Assembly: GCF_009914755.1 (NCBI RefSeq)
Contig: NC_060930.1
From: the human T2T-CHM13v2.0 reference genome, Homo sapiens
Length of the DNA stretch: 64,000 bases
Direction: 5' to 3' (one strand)
The notes beneath the pieces were generated by a model. It searched no databases. It had not been told where the DNA came from and was given only the letters and a program-made list of their open reading frames with translations. Within the stretch, counting starts at the first letter, position 1, and every line of letters begins with the position of its first letter. Made by a program: the position numbers and the translations under genes. Positions 14,121-27,019 of the stretch are shown piece by piece.

Positions 14121-15984
14121 CTAAACATGGGTACCTAGTAATGTGTGTGTATAAATGCATGTATAAGGAATATATGTATAAATTCACATATACATGTAAC
14201 ATACAACTTATTTTATAAGGACCTGAAAACATTTTAATGGTCCATTTTCTCAGAGAGCTACATTAAACTTTGAGGTCTGTCTGCAGTTTTCCATTTTTTG
14301 AAAATCAAACAAAAATTACAATTTCTCCTTATCTCCATTCTTGTAGCATTTTTCTTATTCTCTAGAAATTCTACGCTGGACCTGAGCTTTGAATGATTTA
14401 AGTTACAGGATGCAAGAGATAACCTAATTGTGCAATGTCTCTTGTAAAATTCAGTGAAAACATCTGCAAGATACATTCCAAAAGGCAGAGATCTTAAAAT
14501 AAAATTCAACAAACATAGACTTGAGAAGAGCTGTGCTTCTGCCTCTGTCTCCATAATTAGACTTACATTTTCTTTCTCTTCAATTTGTTGGAATATGCTG
14601 CTTGGCATACTGCCTGGACAACACACTTACAAGTTTCGCTCACTGATGGACTGTGCACCCCAAGCCTGTGCTCTGGCACACCACTGACGGGCAGGAGGTT
14701 ACCCTACTCTAGGTTATATGCATCATACATGGAAGCAACCAACTCTGCTGTTATTTTTAGAATGGTCCTAGACATACTCATGTCACAAATTATATAAAGT
14801 TTTCCCTTTCCCATTATAATTTCAATTACTATAATTAGTATAAGCACATTTGAATCAAAAATAAGTTCACTATTTACCTATAGAAAATGATTAAGTTTAG
14901 ATTCACTTAGTAAATAACTTTAAATAATATACATTAATTTAAATTTTTATGACTTTTTGATAGAAAAAATAAAACCAGTATTTAACAGAAAACTTAAATA
15001 AATACTTTTTTCTTATTTAATGTTTCAAAGACGTGAACTTCAATGTGTATTTGTAAGTAAAGACCAACAGTATTCTTATTTAAAATTTATAAAATTCAAA
15101 TACTAAGAACTCTTAATAATTGCAGATAACAGAACAATTAAAATCTTAACAGCAGTTTTGTGACTCAGAACTAACTAGAATAATCTTTACTGACATATAC
15201 ACAAATAAAGAGGTGACAACAATTTAAATACCCAACGGTAAGATTTAAAAAAACATCGCTACGGCTTTAACGGATATCTCTTGTTGAATCATGAAATTAA
15301 TCAACTGGATTTTTTTTTTTAATCACTACATACAGTATCGGAAACTAAATTTATTGGTAACTACAGCAATAAGTAATCAGTTACCTACATGATTTGCAAA
15401 ATTCAGTTTCTGAAGAAGTAAACTCTGAAGATAATACTAAAGTTGTTAATTGAAATTATTTTGGAAGATTAATAGTCAAACTATTTTGGCTGCTCACTTT
15501 ACACAAGGTCTCAACTTAAGTCAGCTTTAAACAAACTAAAAATCACTATATGACTATGCAAGGCTGAGGTTCAGTTAGTAATCATGAAGTCAAAACTACA
15601 CAAAGAACAGAACTAAATAGAGTTTATAAAAGTGAAACGAGCACCGATGACTTCTACATGTTTCTGGAATCTGAGGAAGAGTAAATAAATTGCTGGTAGT
15701 ATGGTGCCATGTGCCATTTGCTTATGAAAGAAAGTTTGTCAGGAAAAAAACAAAACCAATAAACGAAGCTATGTTAAAAAAAAAAGCCTCACCACTTAAT
15801 GTCACACAGCCAGAAGAATCTTAATTTTGTATTGAAGATTATCTGAGGTTACAGACTCTTATTAAGATCAATCTCAGGATTACATTTAGGCTCTGATCCT
15901 AATTCACAACCGAGGCTTGTCTAGTTCAATGTCATGGCTGGAAAATATGAAGGTCACAGAGACAGGATTCTGGGTACCTTAAAT

Positions 15985-16776
15985 AAATCCAGTGAGGACT
16001 TTGAAATTCCAAGTGGTGGTAACTAGCCGGATGCAGAAGAACCCTAAGATAAATCCAGTGAGGACTTTGAAATTCCAAGTGGTGGTAACTAGCCGGATGC
16101 AGAAGAACCCTAAGATAAATCCAGTGAGGACTTTGAAATTCCAAGTGGTGGTAACTAGCCGGATGCAGAAGAACCCTAAGATAAATCCAGTGAGGACTTT
16201 GAAATTCCAAGTGGTGGTAACTAGCCGGATGCAGAAGAACCCTAAGATAAATCCAGTGAGGACTTTGAAATTCCAAGTGGTGGTAACTAGCCGGATGCAG
16301 AAGAACCCTAAGATAAATCCAGTGAGGACTTTGAAATTCCAAGTGGTGGTAACTAGCCGGATGCAGAAGAACCCTAAGATAAATCCAGTGAGGACTTTGA
16401 AATTCCAAGTGGTGGTAACTAGCCGGATGCAGAAGAACCCTAAGATAAATCCAGTGAGGACTTTGAAATTCCAAGTGGTGGTAACTAGCCGGATGCAGAA
16501 GAACCCTAAGATAAATCCAGTGAGGACTTTGAAATTCCAAGTGGTGGTAACTAGCCGGATGCAGAAGAACCCTAAGATAAATCCAGTGAGGACTTTGAAA
16601 TTCCAAGTGGTGGTAACTAGCCGGATGCAGAAGAACCCTAAGATAAATCCAGTGAGGACTTTGAAATTCCAAGTGGTGGTAACTAGCCGGATGCAGAAGA
16701 ACCCTAAGATAAATCCAGTGAGGACTTTGAAATTCCAAGTGGTGGTAACTAGCCGGATGCAGAAGAACCCTAAGAT
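15985..16776. repeat. 66-bp VNTR, 12 identical copies
   Basis: Unit aaatccagtgaggactttgaaattccaagtggtggtaactagccggatgcagaagaaccctaagat; 792 bp = 12 x 66. Confidence 0.98.
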
Positions 16777-17344
16777 CCCCGTTAGCCCGGCATCGCCTGC
16801 CTTTTACCCCCCCCCCGCGCCCTGGCTACTGCTCACTCAAGTGCTGCCACACGATTCACAGCCTCGTGATAATGGCCAGCAGCCCCTGCACTTGAAGTCC
16901 TGTGACCTAACGCCGCCCTTCAGGGAACGGGCCTTCATAGATGTCTGTTTTCCGAAGACACCTTGGAGCGGGTGGATGGGAAAGACCTGCCTTTCACCTG
17001 ACAGACATTCTCGACTGCCCCTGCCGGTGTTCGGCATACACTAAAGATGCCTCGCTGTTTGTTAACGGAGGCAGCAGGTCTGAGAGAGGGCTGGCAAAGT
17101 CTTCTTCTGCATCAGGGGCAAATAAATCCTCTTTCTCGGTAACAATCGGAGATTTCAGTGACGACAGAGAAGAATCACTTTGTTGAGAGTGAAACTCGGT
17201 GGCCCATTCTAAATTTTTATAGTCATCACTGAAGCGCAGGAAACTCAGAGGGGCTGTGTCATGATTTTTTTCTATTCTCAAAGAAATATCACAAGTGATT
17301 TAATAGCCTTGAACATAACCAATTAAGATAAGCATGATTTCAGA

Positions 17345-17687
17345 GTGAACAGTTAACGTACTTACATGTGAATCACAGGAAAAGATATGAACTTTGACAA
17401 AATTCATTTAAACTATTACTGAACAATGTATTACTTTTTGCATGGTGATGCAAAGTAATACATTGTTCAGTAATAGTTTACATAACTAAACAGATAGAAT
17501 TGCTGATGTGTTAGATGTGTGAACAGTTAATGTCGTTACATGCTAATCACAGGGGAAGATACGAACTTTAACAAAATTCATTTTAACTATTACCGAAAAA
17601 TGTATTACTTTTTGCATGGTGCAAGGTAATACATTGTTCGGTAAGAGTTTAAATAGTTAAACAGACAGACGTGCTGATGTGTTAGAT
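17345..17687. repeat. 174-bp diverged tandem duplication, each copy containing a long inverted repeat
   Basis: gtgaacagttaa...gctgatgtgttagat starts at 17345 and again at 17519. Confidence 0.9.
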
Positions 17688-18409
17688 ACACTTGACAGTC
17701 GCATTTTAATTGAAACGCAGCTGCTCAAATTTAGCAAGTCTATGCAACTACCATATGAGAATTCACAAAGGACAAGAAAATGAGCACTCTCACTCATTCC
17801 CATTCAGCAAATATGAATATCCACCGTGTACTGTTTATTAAAAAGCAAATCAGAAGAACAGTGGAAGCTAGAACACTGTATAATGTACTTTCCTACTGAG
17901 AAAATTTTGAGAAAAATCAGGCAAAAGCATATGGCAAACACTTGGAAGAGAAGGAGCAACTGGCACATTTAGAGAGATGGTATATTATTATAGAAAATGC
18001 CAATCTTCATTTACTCCACAAACACACACACAGCATCAGCTGAGTGTCACAGACTGCACTATGCTAAAAACTCTGAGAACAAGACACCCAAATGACGGCC
18101 TTGTGCTGAGACTGTCCAGCAAGGAGCTAGATAACGACAAAACATTTCCCGCGGGCACAGATAGTGGCAAGAGCTGCTCTGGGAGCATCACGAATGGAGG
18201 TAGGCCAATGCGACCTGGAGACATGCAGGGGATGGGCTGGGTGAGCTCCCAGAGGACACAGGGCCCGGAAGGGCAGGAGAGGTTAGGAGAGGGGCAGAGG
18301 TGAGAGGGACTAGGCACAGGGTTCACAGTGCACGAAGCACCCAGCCTGCCTGCTGCCTGGGGGAGCCCGTGGAGAGGGAAGTAACTCATAGCAAGCACAG
18401 GGAGTACTG

Positions 18410-18740
18410 CTGGCCCTCTGCATCTGTGGCCTCTGCATCTGTGGCCTCCACAACAGTGGCTTCTGCATCTGTGGATTCAACCAACCATGAATGGAAAATA
18501 TTCCGGGGTGGGGGACCCAGATGGCTGCATCTGTACTGAGCATATACAAACTTTCTTCCTTGTCATGACTCCCTAAATGATACAGTTTAACAACTATTCA
18601 CAAAGCACGGGCATTGTATTAGGTGTTATAAGTAATCTAGAAATGATTTAAAGCATACAGGAGGATGTGCATAGGTTACATGCGAATATGACACCATTTC
18701 ACACTGGGAACTTGAGCATCCGTGGAATCTGGTACCTGTG
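18410..18740. mobile_element. TcMar-Tigger DNA transposon relic (Tigger3-like)
   Basis: ggccctctgcatctgtgg...gtggattcaaccaacc...gtaatctagaaatgatttaaagcatacaggaggatgtgcataggtta resembles the recalled Tigger3 consensus. Confidence 0.7.
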
Positions 18741-20170
18741 GGGATGCTACCTTGTCTGAGAAGTCTGGGGTTAGCCTCAGGGAGAATGAGCCTCCTCGAA
18801 GGTTTTTCAGCAGGGGATTGACAGGATCCAATTTATATTTTAGAAGGATGAGCTTTTCAAAAAGGCAGAGGTTGAGTCCAGCTGGAGAGGGGCTGTGAGG
18901 TGGAGCATTGGGGCAGTGGGCAGAGTGCCAGGGCAGAGGTGGGCACAGCACAGCTTCCCCGGTTTTACTATCATGAGAAGATGTTGTAAGAATTTTAAGT
19001 AAGATACTGATAGAACCTGCCTTAAACTTTAAAAGGATGTACTTTGAGGGTATGAACTGAATGTGGTTTGGGCACAGAAAGTGTGTGCACAGAAAAGTGT
19101 GTGCACAGAAAAGTGTGTGCACAGAAAAGCACATGAGGAATAAGGGCTGGCATGACTGCCATGACTGTGAGCTCAGGAAATTCAATAACTGTGGTCACAT
19201 TAAGTAACTGTGGCTAATTTAATGATCCCAGTTTTTAGTTTACACTTTTGGCATCACTATACGTGAACACTATACAATAAAAACCAAAGGTGTTTAAACA
19301 GTAAACAATTTTATCATCGTTTAGTATAAGTGCCATACAATAAAAACAAAAGGAGGTTAAAGTGATTGGTTAAAACAATGAAGTTACCAAACCTGTTAAC
19401 AACTCACTGGTGCTTTGTTATATCTGCATATGTACACCCATGAAGAACCCGTGTCCGATACCAGCATGACCACTTCTACATAAACTACTTCTCTACAAAA
19501 GTGCCAACAGGCAGCTTGGTTTTAGGTATTCCACGTTATTTCATACAAAGAAACAACTATTTGATCAATCAAAAGTTTACTTGATTCAGAAAGCAATAGT
19601 TATTTTAAAAATATATATTTTGAAGTGATTCAAGTGACTTTCATTTGAAATCACAAAGATAATACTTGAACTGTGTCATTCATCCTTCTGTGGCTCAATT
19701 CTCTTTGCTAAATTACTATAATAATCTTACTCCTACACACTTTTCTCCTATCCTTCGCCTTTACAGCATCACTAATCAGGTCTTACATAGAAGTGACCAG
19801 ATTTCTTTAATACATTTTTTGATGATGTACACAAGGTCATTGCATGCCACTGTCACTCACAATCACTCTATTGTATCTATGTGAGAAGATCACAGGAAGC
19901 AGGAATGCATTACTAAAACGATCAATTATTACAAGTTATCATTAATTATTCTCTAGAATTTAAGAACAGCTTTAAGCCACTAATAATACAAAGTGTCCAA
20001 TTTCCAAACTATCCAAGAAATGGGTTTAAGCAAACAAAAAGTTAAAATCAAATTAATCTCTCACTCTCAGTAGATATGAGAAAAATGAGAATAAAATGAA
20101 AAGAATTCAAGCAAGTATCAATTGATAAAAGTATATCCACATCTATTACTCAAGAAACTTTATTACTTAC

Positions 20171-20312
20171 CTGTTGGAGGCAGGCAGTCCTTCCAATCAA
20201 AATATCCTGCATAAATTCCAGGTTCTAAGGAGCCAACGATGGGATCTGCTTTCAACTCGATGTAATTTTCAAAGAGTCTTTGATCTAGTTCTTTCAATGA
20301 GGCCATGCTAAC
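20171..20312 (-). CDS. EXOC2: EXOC2 coding exon, 142 nt, [47 protein letters not shown](G)
   Basis: Acceptor gtttatAG, donor ACA G|gtaagt, phase 0 to 1. The next canonical exon (GVRNYLKEAL...) was not found in the window. Confidence 0.97.
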
Positions 20313-20528
20313 CTATAAACACATAATGAAGAGTATGAGTTGCCTATTTGAGGGTGATGGAAAAAGTAAAATAATGTTAACAATAAATACTTCAGACTAT
20401 AATAAAAGCACTTCTCAATTTTCCTACAAAAACTCGTGACTTTTATATATTTTCAGTAACAAAGATCTCTTTTAGCATAGCTATTTTGCAGGAGAAAAAA
20501 TAATCTCCATATATGGACTACAGGTCAT

Positions 20529-20920
20529 TGTATTAGTCCGTTCTCATACTGCTATAAAGAACTGCCCAAGATTAGGTAATTTATAAAAGAAAGAAGTTTA
20601 ATTGACTCAATTATGTTATGCATGGCTGGGGAGCCCTCAGGAAACTTACAGTCTTGGTGGAAGGCAAAGGGGAAGCAAGGCATCTTCTTCACAAGAAGAA
20701 GGAGAAGGTGGCCAGAAGGAGAAGTACCCAGTGGAAGGGGAAGAGAGCCCCTTATAAAACCATTAGATCCCATTAGAACTTACTATCATGAGAAGAGCAT
20801 GGGGGAAACGGCCACTACGATTCAATGACCTCCACCTGGTCTCTCCCTTGACACGTGGGGATTATGGGGATTACAAATCAAGAGGAGATTTGGGTAGGGA
20901 CAGAAAGCCTAACCATATCA
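20529..20920 (-). mobile_element. MaLR LTR (MST/THE1-like)
   Basis: Termini tgtattagtccgttctcatactgctataaagaactgccc ... gcctaaccatatca. Confidence 0.85.
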
Positions 20921-21699
20921 TTCATTTTTGAAAATACTAACCACTCATTTCTGTACACAGAGCAAGAGGCATTATAAATACTAAATTGTAATAGCCAGTA
21001 AACTACAATTAAAAAGGAACCATTTAAAATCATGTTCTGTTTCTTCATATTAACTAATTCATTTGAAAAGTGTGACCAATAGAAAATAAGCCTGCTCTGA
21101 CACTCCAGTAACCCCAGTGTGGCTCCCCTGGATTCTCCCTCCAGTTACAGCTCTGCTTGAGGGGCGTGCAGGTCAGGCCTTCGAGTCTAAGGCAACTCCA
21201 CAGGGAGGCCAGACACACGCTCGCTGTCATGGGCAAAAAGGAACAGGAAAGACCCCTATCAGTAAGTCCTGTCCTTGGCACAGTTCAGCTGCATGGACTG
21301 TGGGGGCTCCCGATGGGAGTGGGAGCAGAAGAGGGTAAGGAGGCTGGCATCAGCCCTACGTGAGTGTGCCTTGTCTCACCAGCAGGCAGGAGGCCAGAAG
21401 AAGAAGAGGGGGGAGGCAGAGACCCAAGCATGGAGGATATGGGAAGTCTGGGGTGTGGAGAGTCTGTGGGCCCAGGTCACCCTGCAGGGGGCTGGTGGCC
21501 GTTCTGCTTCTGCAGCACTGGCCTGAGAGGGATAGGCTTCTCTCCAATGCCAGGCCTGAGCTGCAACGAACTACAGTGAAAAATAAACACACGTCTAAGG
21601 GAGTCCGCTGCTATGCACAGGCACATCCACCAAGCAGTGAAACTCAGCTGCAGAAGAGACAAGCAACAACTTGAACAGAAAAAAGAAAGAAAACCCTCA

Positions 21700-22124
21700 T
21701 GACGATTAAAGTATAATACAAAACAAGATTTCCAGAGGTGAAACATACAACTTCCAAAGCTAACAAATGAGTAGATTAACACAAGGAACTCCTGGTCACT
21801 GTTGAGACTGATCTGAAGTGCAAGAACTACTTCAAAACATAGAGTAAAAGTGTAAAGACATGAAAACTATGAAGAACAAGACTAGAAGATAAACCCAGGA
21901 GCTCTAACATGCAAAAAATAGAAATTCAAGTAAAGAAATACAAGCAGATAGAGAAAAGGTATTCATTAAACAAGCAGTAGGAGAAAATTTAACTGGATCT
22001 AAAGAAAGACCCAAGTTTGCAACTTGAGTAGGCTTGCAGAGTGCCAGGCTAGACTGGTAAGACAGCCCACATATCTAGGCAACTACTGTTAAAGTTTCTA
22101 GTTTCTAATACATTTACTCTAAAT

Positions 22125-22158
<34 letters not shown>

Positions 22159-25100
22159 CAGAGACAGACTGACTTTCAAGCTTCTAGATCAAAACAATAA
22201 TTTACTTACAAAGAAGAAAGAACTGGTCCGACGTCAGATTTCTCACATGCAGTACTGGGAGCTGAAATCACTGGATTAAAATCTACAGGAATGAAAGAAC
22301 AGAACCCAAGAATCCTGTATTTAGCCAGCGTGTCATTCTCTTAACAGAGTCCGAGAAAGATATTTTTGGATATGCAAGGGTTCAAGGAGTATTTCACCCA
22401 TGTAATGAGAAAGGGCTCTAACCTAAAATCAAACACATCAGAACGAAGAAGATGAACTACTGAGGAAAACAGTGACAGGCAATAACTCTGAGTTCCCTCT
22501 CGCCCTTCTTTATCTCTCTCTTTCTCTAGTATCTATAAACACAAACCGAAATAGATGATTAGAGACTCCCTGGACATGTGAAATACAAGTGTGAAGTAAG
22601 ATTTCTTCAAAGGAAGGAGGCATCCAAAAGGGAAATACTAATAACACACAATGAAGAGATAACATATCAAAATCTGCAAGAGAGAACCAGTGGCTAGAAA
22701 TTTATAGCTGAAAATGTTTTAAAAGAAAAGTTTAAAAGGAGAAAAACTTAAATCACTGCTCTAATTTTCTGCCCCAAGTATCTAGAAAAAGAGAAAATTA
22801 AACCCAAAGAAAATAGAAGGAAAAGATAAAGAACAGAAATCAATATCTTAAAAAGGTAAATATTAAAGAAAACCACCAATGCCAAAAGTAGGATCTTTGG
22901 AAATAATAATAAAAATGATTAGCCAGGCATGGTGGTGCACATCTGTGGTCCCAGCTACTTGGGGGCTATGGTGAGAGAATGACTTTAGCCCAGGAGATCG
23001 AGGCTGCAGCGTGGTATGATTCAACTACCGTACTCCAATCTAGGTAACAGAGCAAGACCCTGTCTCTTAAAAAATTTGAAATTTTTTAAAAATTAAAAAG
23101 GAATAACAACAGAAACGATAAGCTCCTGGGCAAGACTGATGAAGAAATAAAGAAAAAAACCCACATATTGCCAAGAACAGAAATGAAAAAAGAAACATTC
23201 CTATAGATCCTGAAGACATTAAAAGGATAGTAAAAGGACATTACAGTTTTATGCCATCAAGTCTTGACAACATAGAGGAAATTGCTAATCTGCTGAAAAA
23301 CACAACCTTCAAAAACTGGCACAAGTAGTCCTATATTTATTAAACTAATTGAATCCATTATAGACAAGGGCTTGACAATGAGAACTTCAGGTCCAGGTGG
23401 TTTCATTTGTGACTCTACCAAGCATGTAAGGAAGAAATTATAGCACACACAAACATTTTCATAGAATAGAGGCTGAAAGCATTTCCTATTTTGTTTAATG
23501 AAGCCAGTATAACCCTAATATCCAAACTGAGCAAGATATTGTAAGAAAAAAATCACACGCCAATAGCCTTCATGAACAAAGACATAAAAACCCAAACAAA
23601 CTATTGGCAAATAGAAACTATAAATAAATTTTAAAAACATATCATGCAGAAGTGGTATTTTTTCAACAGATGAAAAAGCACTTGAGAAAATTCAATATAC
23701 TTTCATGACAAAAATTCTCAGTAAACTAAGACTAGAAAGAAAATCAGCTGTGTAAAGGGCATCTACAAAATGGTACAAATATAGAGTGCTTTCTCCAGAA
23801 GATCAGGAATAAGGCAAAGTTGTCCCCTTTCACCACTATTTCAAGATTATACCAGAGGTCCTAGTCCATGAGATCTGGCAAGAAATAATACCAAAAAAGA
23901 AGAAGTAAAACTGTTTTTATTAACAGAAGACATCATTACGTATTTAGAAATTCTAAGCAGGTTGACATACTAATGGAATAAGTAAATTTATGGAGGCAGC
24001 AGAGTCAATAACAAAAATCAATTATATTTCTATATAATAGACATCGAAGGATTATAATACAATACCATAAAAAATAAAATACCTAGGAATAAACTTAACA
24101 AAAGACATGGAAAATCTCTAATGGAAACTACAAAACACTGCTGAAAGAAATTAAAGATGGCCTAAACAAATAAATAGGATCATCAATATTGGTAATTTTC
24201 TCCAAATTCAATGAACCCCTAAAAGGCCTTTTCTTGGTAAAAATTCACAGGCTAAAATTTATATATAAATGGAAAGGACCTAAAATAGCCCAAACAATTT
24301 AAAAAGAACAAAGTTGGAAGACTCATACTACTTGATATCAAGACTGACTATAAACCTATAATAAATAAAACAATGCAATATTGGCATAAGGATAGACATC
24401 ATAGACCTAAACATAAAAGTTAACATTACAAAACTTCTGGGAAAAAATATTCAGGACATTGAAGCAGGTAAAGATTCTGACAACATATGAAAGGCATTAA
24501 ACATTTTAAAAGCTTGATACAATGGATCTCATCAAAATTAAACAATTCTGTTCAAAAGATATTATAAAAACAAAACAGCAAGCCATGAACTGAAAAAATA
24601 TGTATGCATGACAAAGGACTTATTTAGAGCCTTCTAAAAATCGTCAATAGAAAGATGACTGATCCAATTTAAAAATGAGCTGGGGTTAAACAGCACTTCA
24701 AGAAAGAAGCTACCTGAATGTATCTGAATATACAAGAAAAGGTGCTTAACATCATTGTTAGGGAAAACCAAATAAAGCAACAATGAGACTGGCTGAAATA
24801 AACAAGATTGGTAATATTAAGTGTTGGCTAGGATGCAGTTTATAACCGAGTTTATGACCGACGGAGCGTACACTTGAGTTGACGACCGACGGAGCGTACA
24901 CTCGAGATGACGACCGACGGAGCGCACACACGAGATGACGGCCGACGGAGGGCACACACGAGATGACGGCCGACGGAGCGTACACTCGAGTTGACAGCCG
25001 ACGGAGCGCACACACGAGATGACGGCCGACGGAGCGTACACTCGAGTTGACGGCCGACGGAGCGCACACTCGAGTTGATGGCCGACGGAGCGTACACTCG

Positions 25101-25770
25101 AGTTCATGACCGACGGAGCGTACACATGAGGTGACGGCCGACGGAGCGTACACTCGAGTTGATGGCCGACGGAGCGTACACTCAAGATGATGACCGACGG
25201 AGCGTACACTCGAGTTGATGACCGATGGAGTGTACACTCTGGAAAACTACTCAGAGTTCCTAATCAGCTTGTGCCACGACCAGCTATTGTACTTCAAGGT
25301 TTATATCCAAGATCAGTGAGTACAAACATCCACAAAGAGACTTACAGGAATATTCACCACAACTTTATCCATAAAGGCCTAAAACTGGAGACAACCCCAT
25401 GTCCATCACCATGAGAATGATTAAACAAAATCTGGTTATCCAAACTCAGCAATAAAAGAAAATGACTCACTGGTACACACAACTGGATGAATCTCAAAAA
25501 ATTAATTTGGAGCAAAAGAAGCCAGATACAAAAGACAACAAACTGCATGGAACTCCACGTAAAGTTCTGGGACAGGCAAAATGATTCTCTGCAGATAGCA
25601 GCTGGAACGTTGCTGAGAAGGGAGCCTACTCAAACAGGGCACAAGGGAAGGTTTTGTATTTTCATCTGGTGGTGGATGCTGGAACGTGTGCATATGTAAA
25701 AAGCCATCAATCCATAAGCTTAAGATTTGTGTCTTTTACTGTAGGTAAATTACACCTCATTTTTAAAAAA
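21700..25770 (+). mobile_element. Degraded old L1 (L1M-type) ORF1/ORF2/3' fragments, interrupted by an Alu monomer (~22918-23075), a (GA)n tract and the 28-bp minisatellite
   Basis: A-rich plus strand with L1 ORF2 motifs such as aaatacctaggaataaacttaacaaaaga and aaagaacaaagttggaagactcatactac. Confidence 0.8.
24856..25238. repeat. 28-bp CpG-rich minisatellite, about 13-14 copies, inside an old L1
   Basis: ccgacggagcgtacactcgag recurs at 24858, 24886, 24914, 24942 and onward. Confidence 0.95.
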
Positions 25771-26356
25771 AAGAAGGGAAAAGAGGAGTTGAAAATAAAT
25801 AGATGTGCAAACAGTTAATAGGCAAATGCTACAAAAAGAGAGTAGAATGGCAGTATTAATGTGTGATGAGGCAGGATCAATGTCAGGAGTACACAGCTCA
25901 TACTTTTTGTTGTAAGGATTTAAACAGATAATTCAGGAAACTTGCATAGCACACTGAAAGCAAATACATAATAAATGCTAGCAGCTATTTCTATTAACTC
26001 AACAGCCTCATTTTCACTAACACCCTGTTCACACTGGCTGCTGAACATAGAAAACTGGGTCTGCTTGATTCCTGCTCAAAAAGCAAGGGTCAGATCCATC
26101 TACCATTAATCGCTATCTGAGAGTGAGGAAGAAAGATTAACTTTAAAAACATCCTGACACTAAGGAAATCAGTCTTATAAAGTGATGTGTTTAAGGAATG
26201 CAGTGGTTAAACAGAGACGGAGCGCTAAAGGGTCACTGATGGGGGTGAGAAAGGCAGCAGAGTAGACATGCCTGAGGGTCCAGTGGCCTTTTAGGGCAGG
26301 TGTCTCTAACAAAAACACAGTGCCTCCTTTAAAAAAGATAACAATTTAATTGTGTA

Positions 26357-26880
26357 CAGACAGTCCCAACTTATGAGAGTTCAACTCATGATTTTCCCAC
26401 TTTACCAGGGTGTAAAAGCAATGCGCATTCAGTATGCTCCCTGGCTTATGATGTGCTACGTCAGGTTAAACCCACTGTAAGTAGAAAATATCTGGCCGGG
26501 CACAGTGGCTCACGCCTATAATCCTAGCACGCTGGGAGGCTGAGGCGGGTGGATCACGGGGTCAGGAGTTCAAGACCAGCCTGGCCAAGATGGTGAAACC
26601 CTGTCTCTACTAAAAATACGAAAATTAGCCGGCTGTGGTGACAGGTGCCTGTAATCCCAGCTACTAGGGAGGTTGAGGCAGGAATTGCTTGAACCCGGGA
26701 GGCGGAGGTTGCAGTGAGCCAAGATCACACCACTGCACTACAGCCTGGGTGACAGAGCAAGACTCTGTCTGAAGAAAAAAAAAAAAAGAAAATATCATAA
26801 GTAGAAAATGCGCTTACGATATTTTCAATTTTGGAAGGGTTTATCTGGAGGTAGCCCCATCATAAGTTCAGGAATATCTG
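26357..26880. mobile_element. Tigger-type MITE (MER47-like) interrupted by an Alu
   Basis: Termini cagacagtcccaacttatga... and ...cataagttcaggaatatctg flanked by TA. Confidence 0.65.
26494..26790 (+). mobile_element. Alu (AluS family)
   Basis: ggccgggcacagtggctcacgcc... through poly-A; gaaaatatc occurs on both flanks (target-site duplication). Confidence 0.95.
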
Positions 26881-27019
26881 TATTCAGAAATAGACTTACT
26901 CACTGAATTCGTACATATTAGCACTGAGGAGGGTCTTTCGAAGCATTAAAAAACTGTGGGTAATAACTTACAGAAGTAAAAGGCGTATGCTGGAGGCAGA
27001 ATTCTGGTGTAATGGACAA

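Noticed and set aside
15992-17044. 350-aa plus-strand ORF
   Set aside because: Translation of the 66-bp VNTR from a GTG start, with no supporting gene structure on this strand.
17409-17480. Hairpin as a MADE1/mir-548-type element
   Set aside because: It shares only short ttacttttgca/tgcaaagtaat motifs, in the opposite arrangement, and the arms do not match MADE1.
19861-19876. 16-nt micro-exon candidate (cacatAG|atacaatagagtgatt|gtgagt)
   Set aside because: The splice signals are plausible, but two of three frames contain stops and it cannot be placed confidently in the exon chain.
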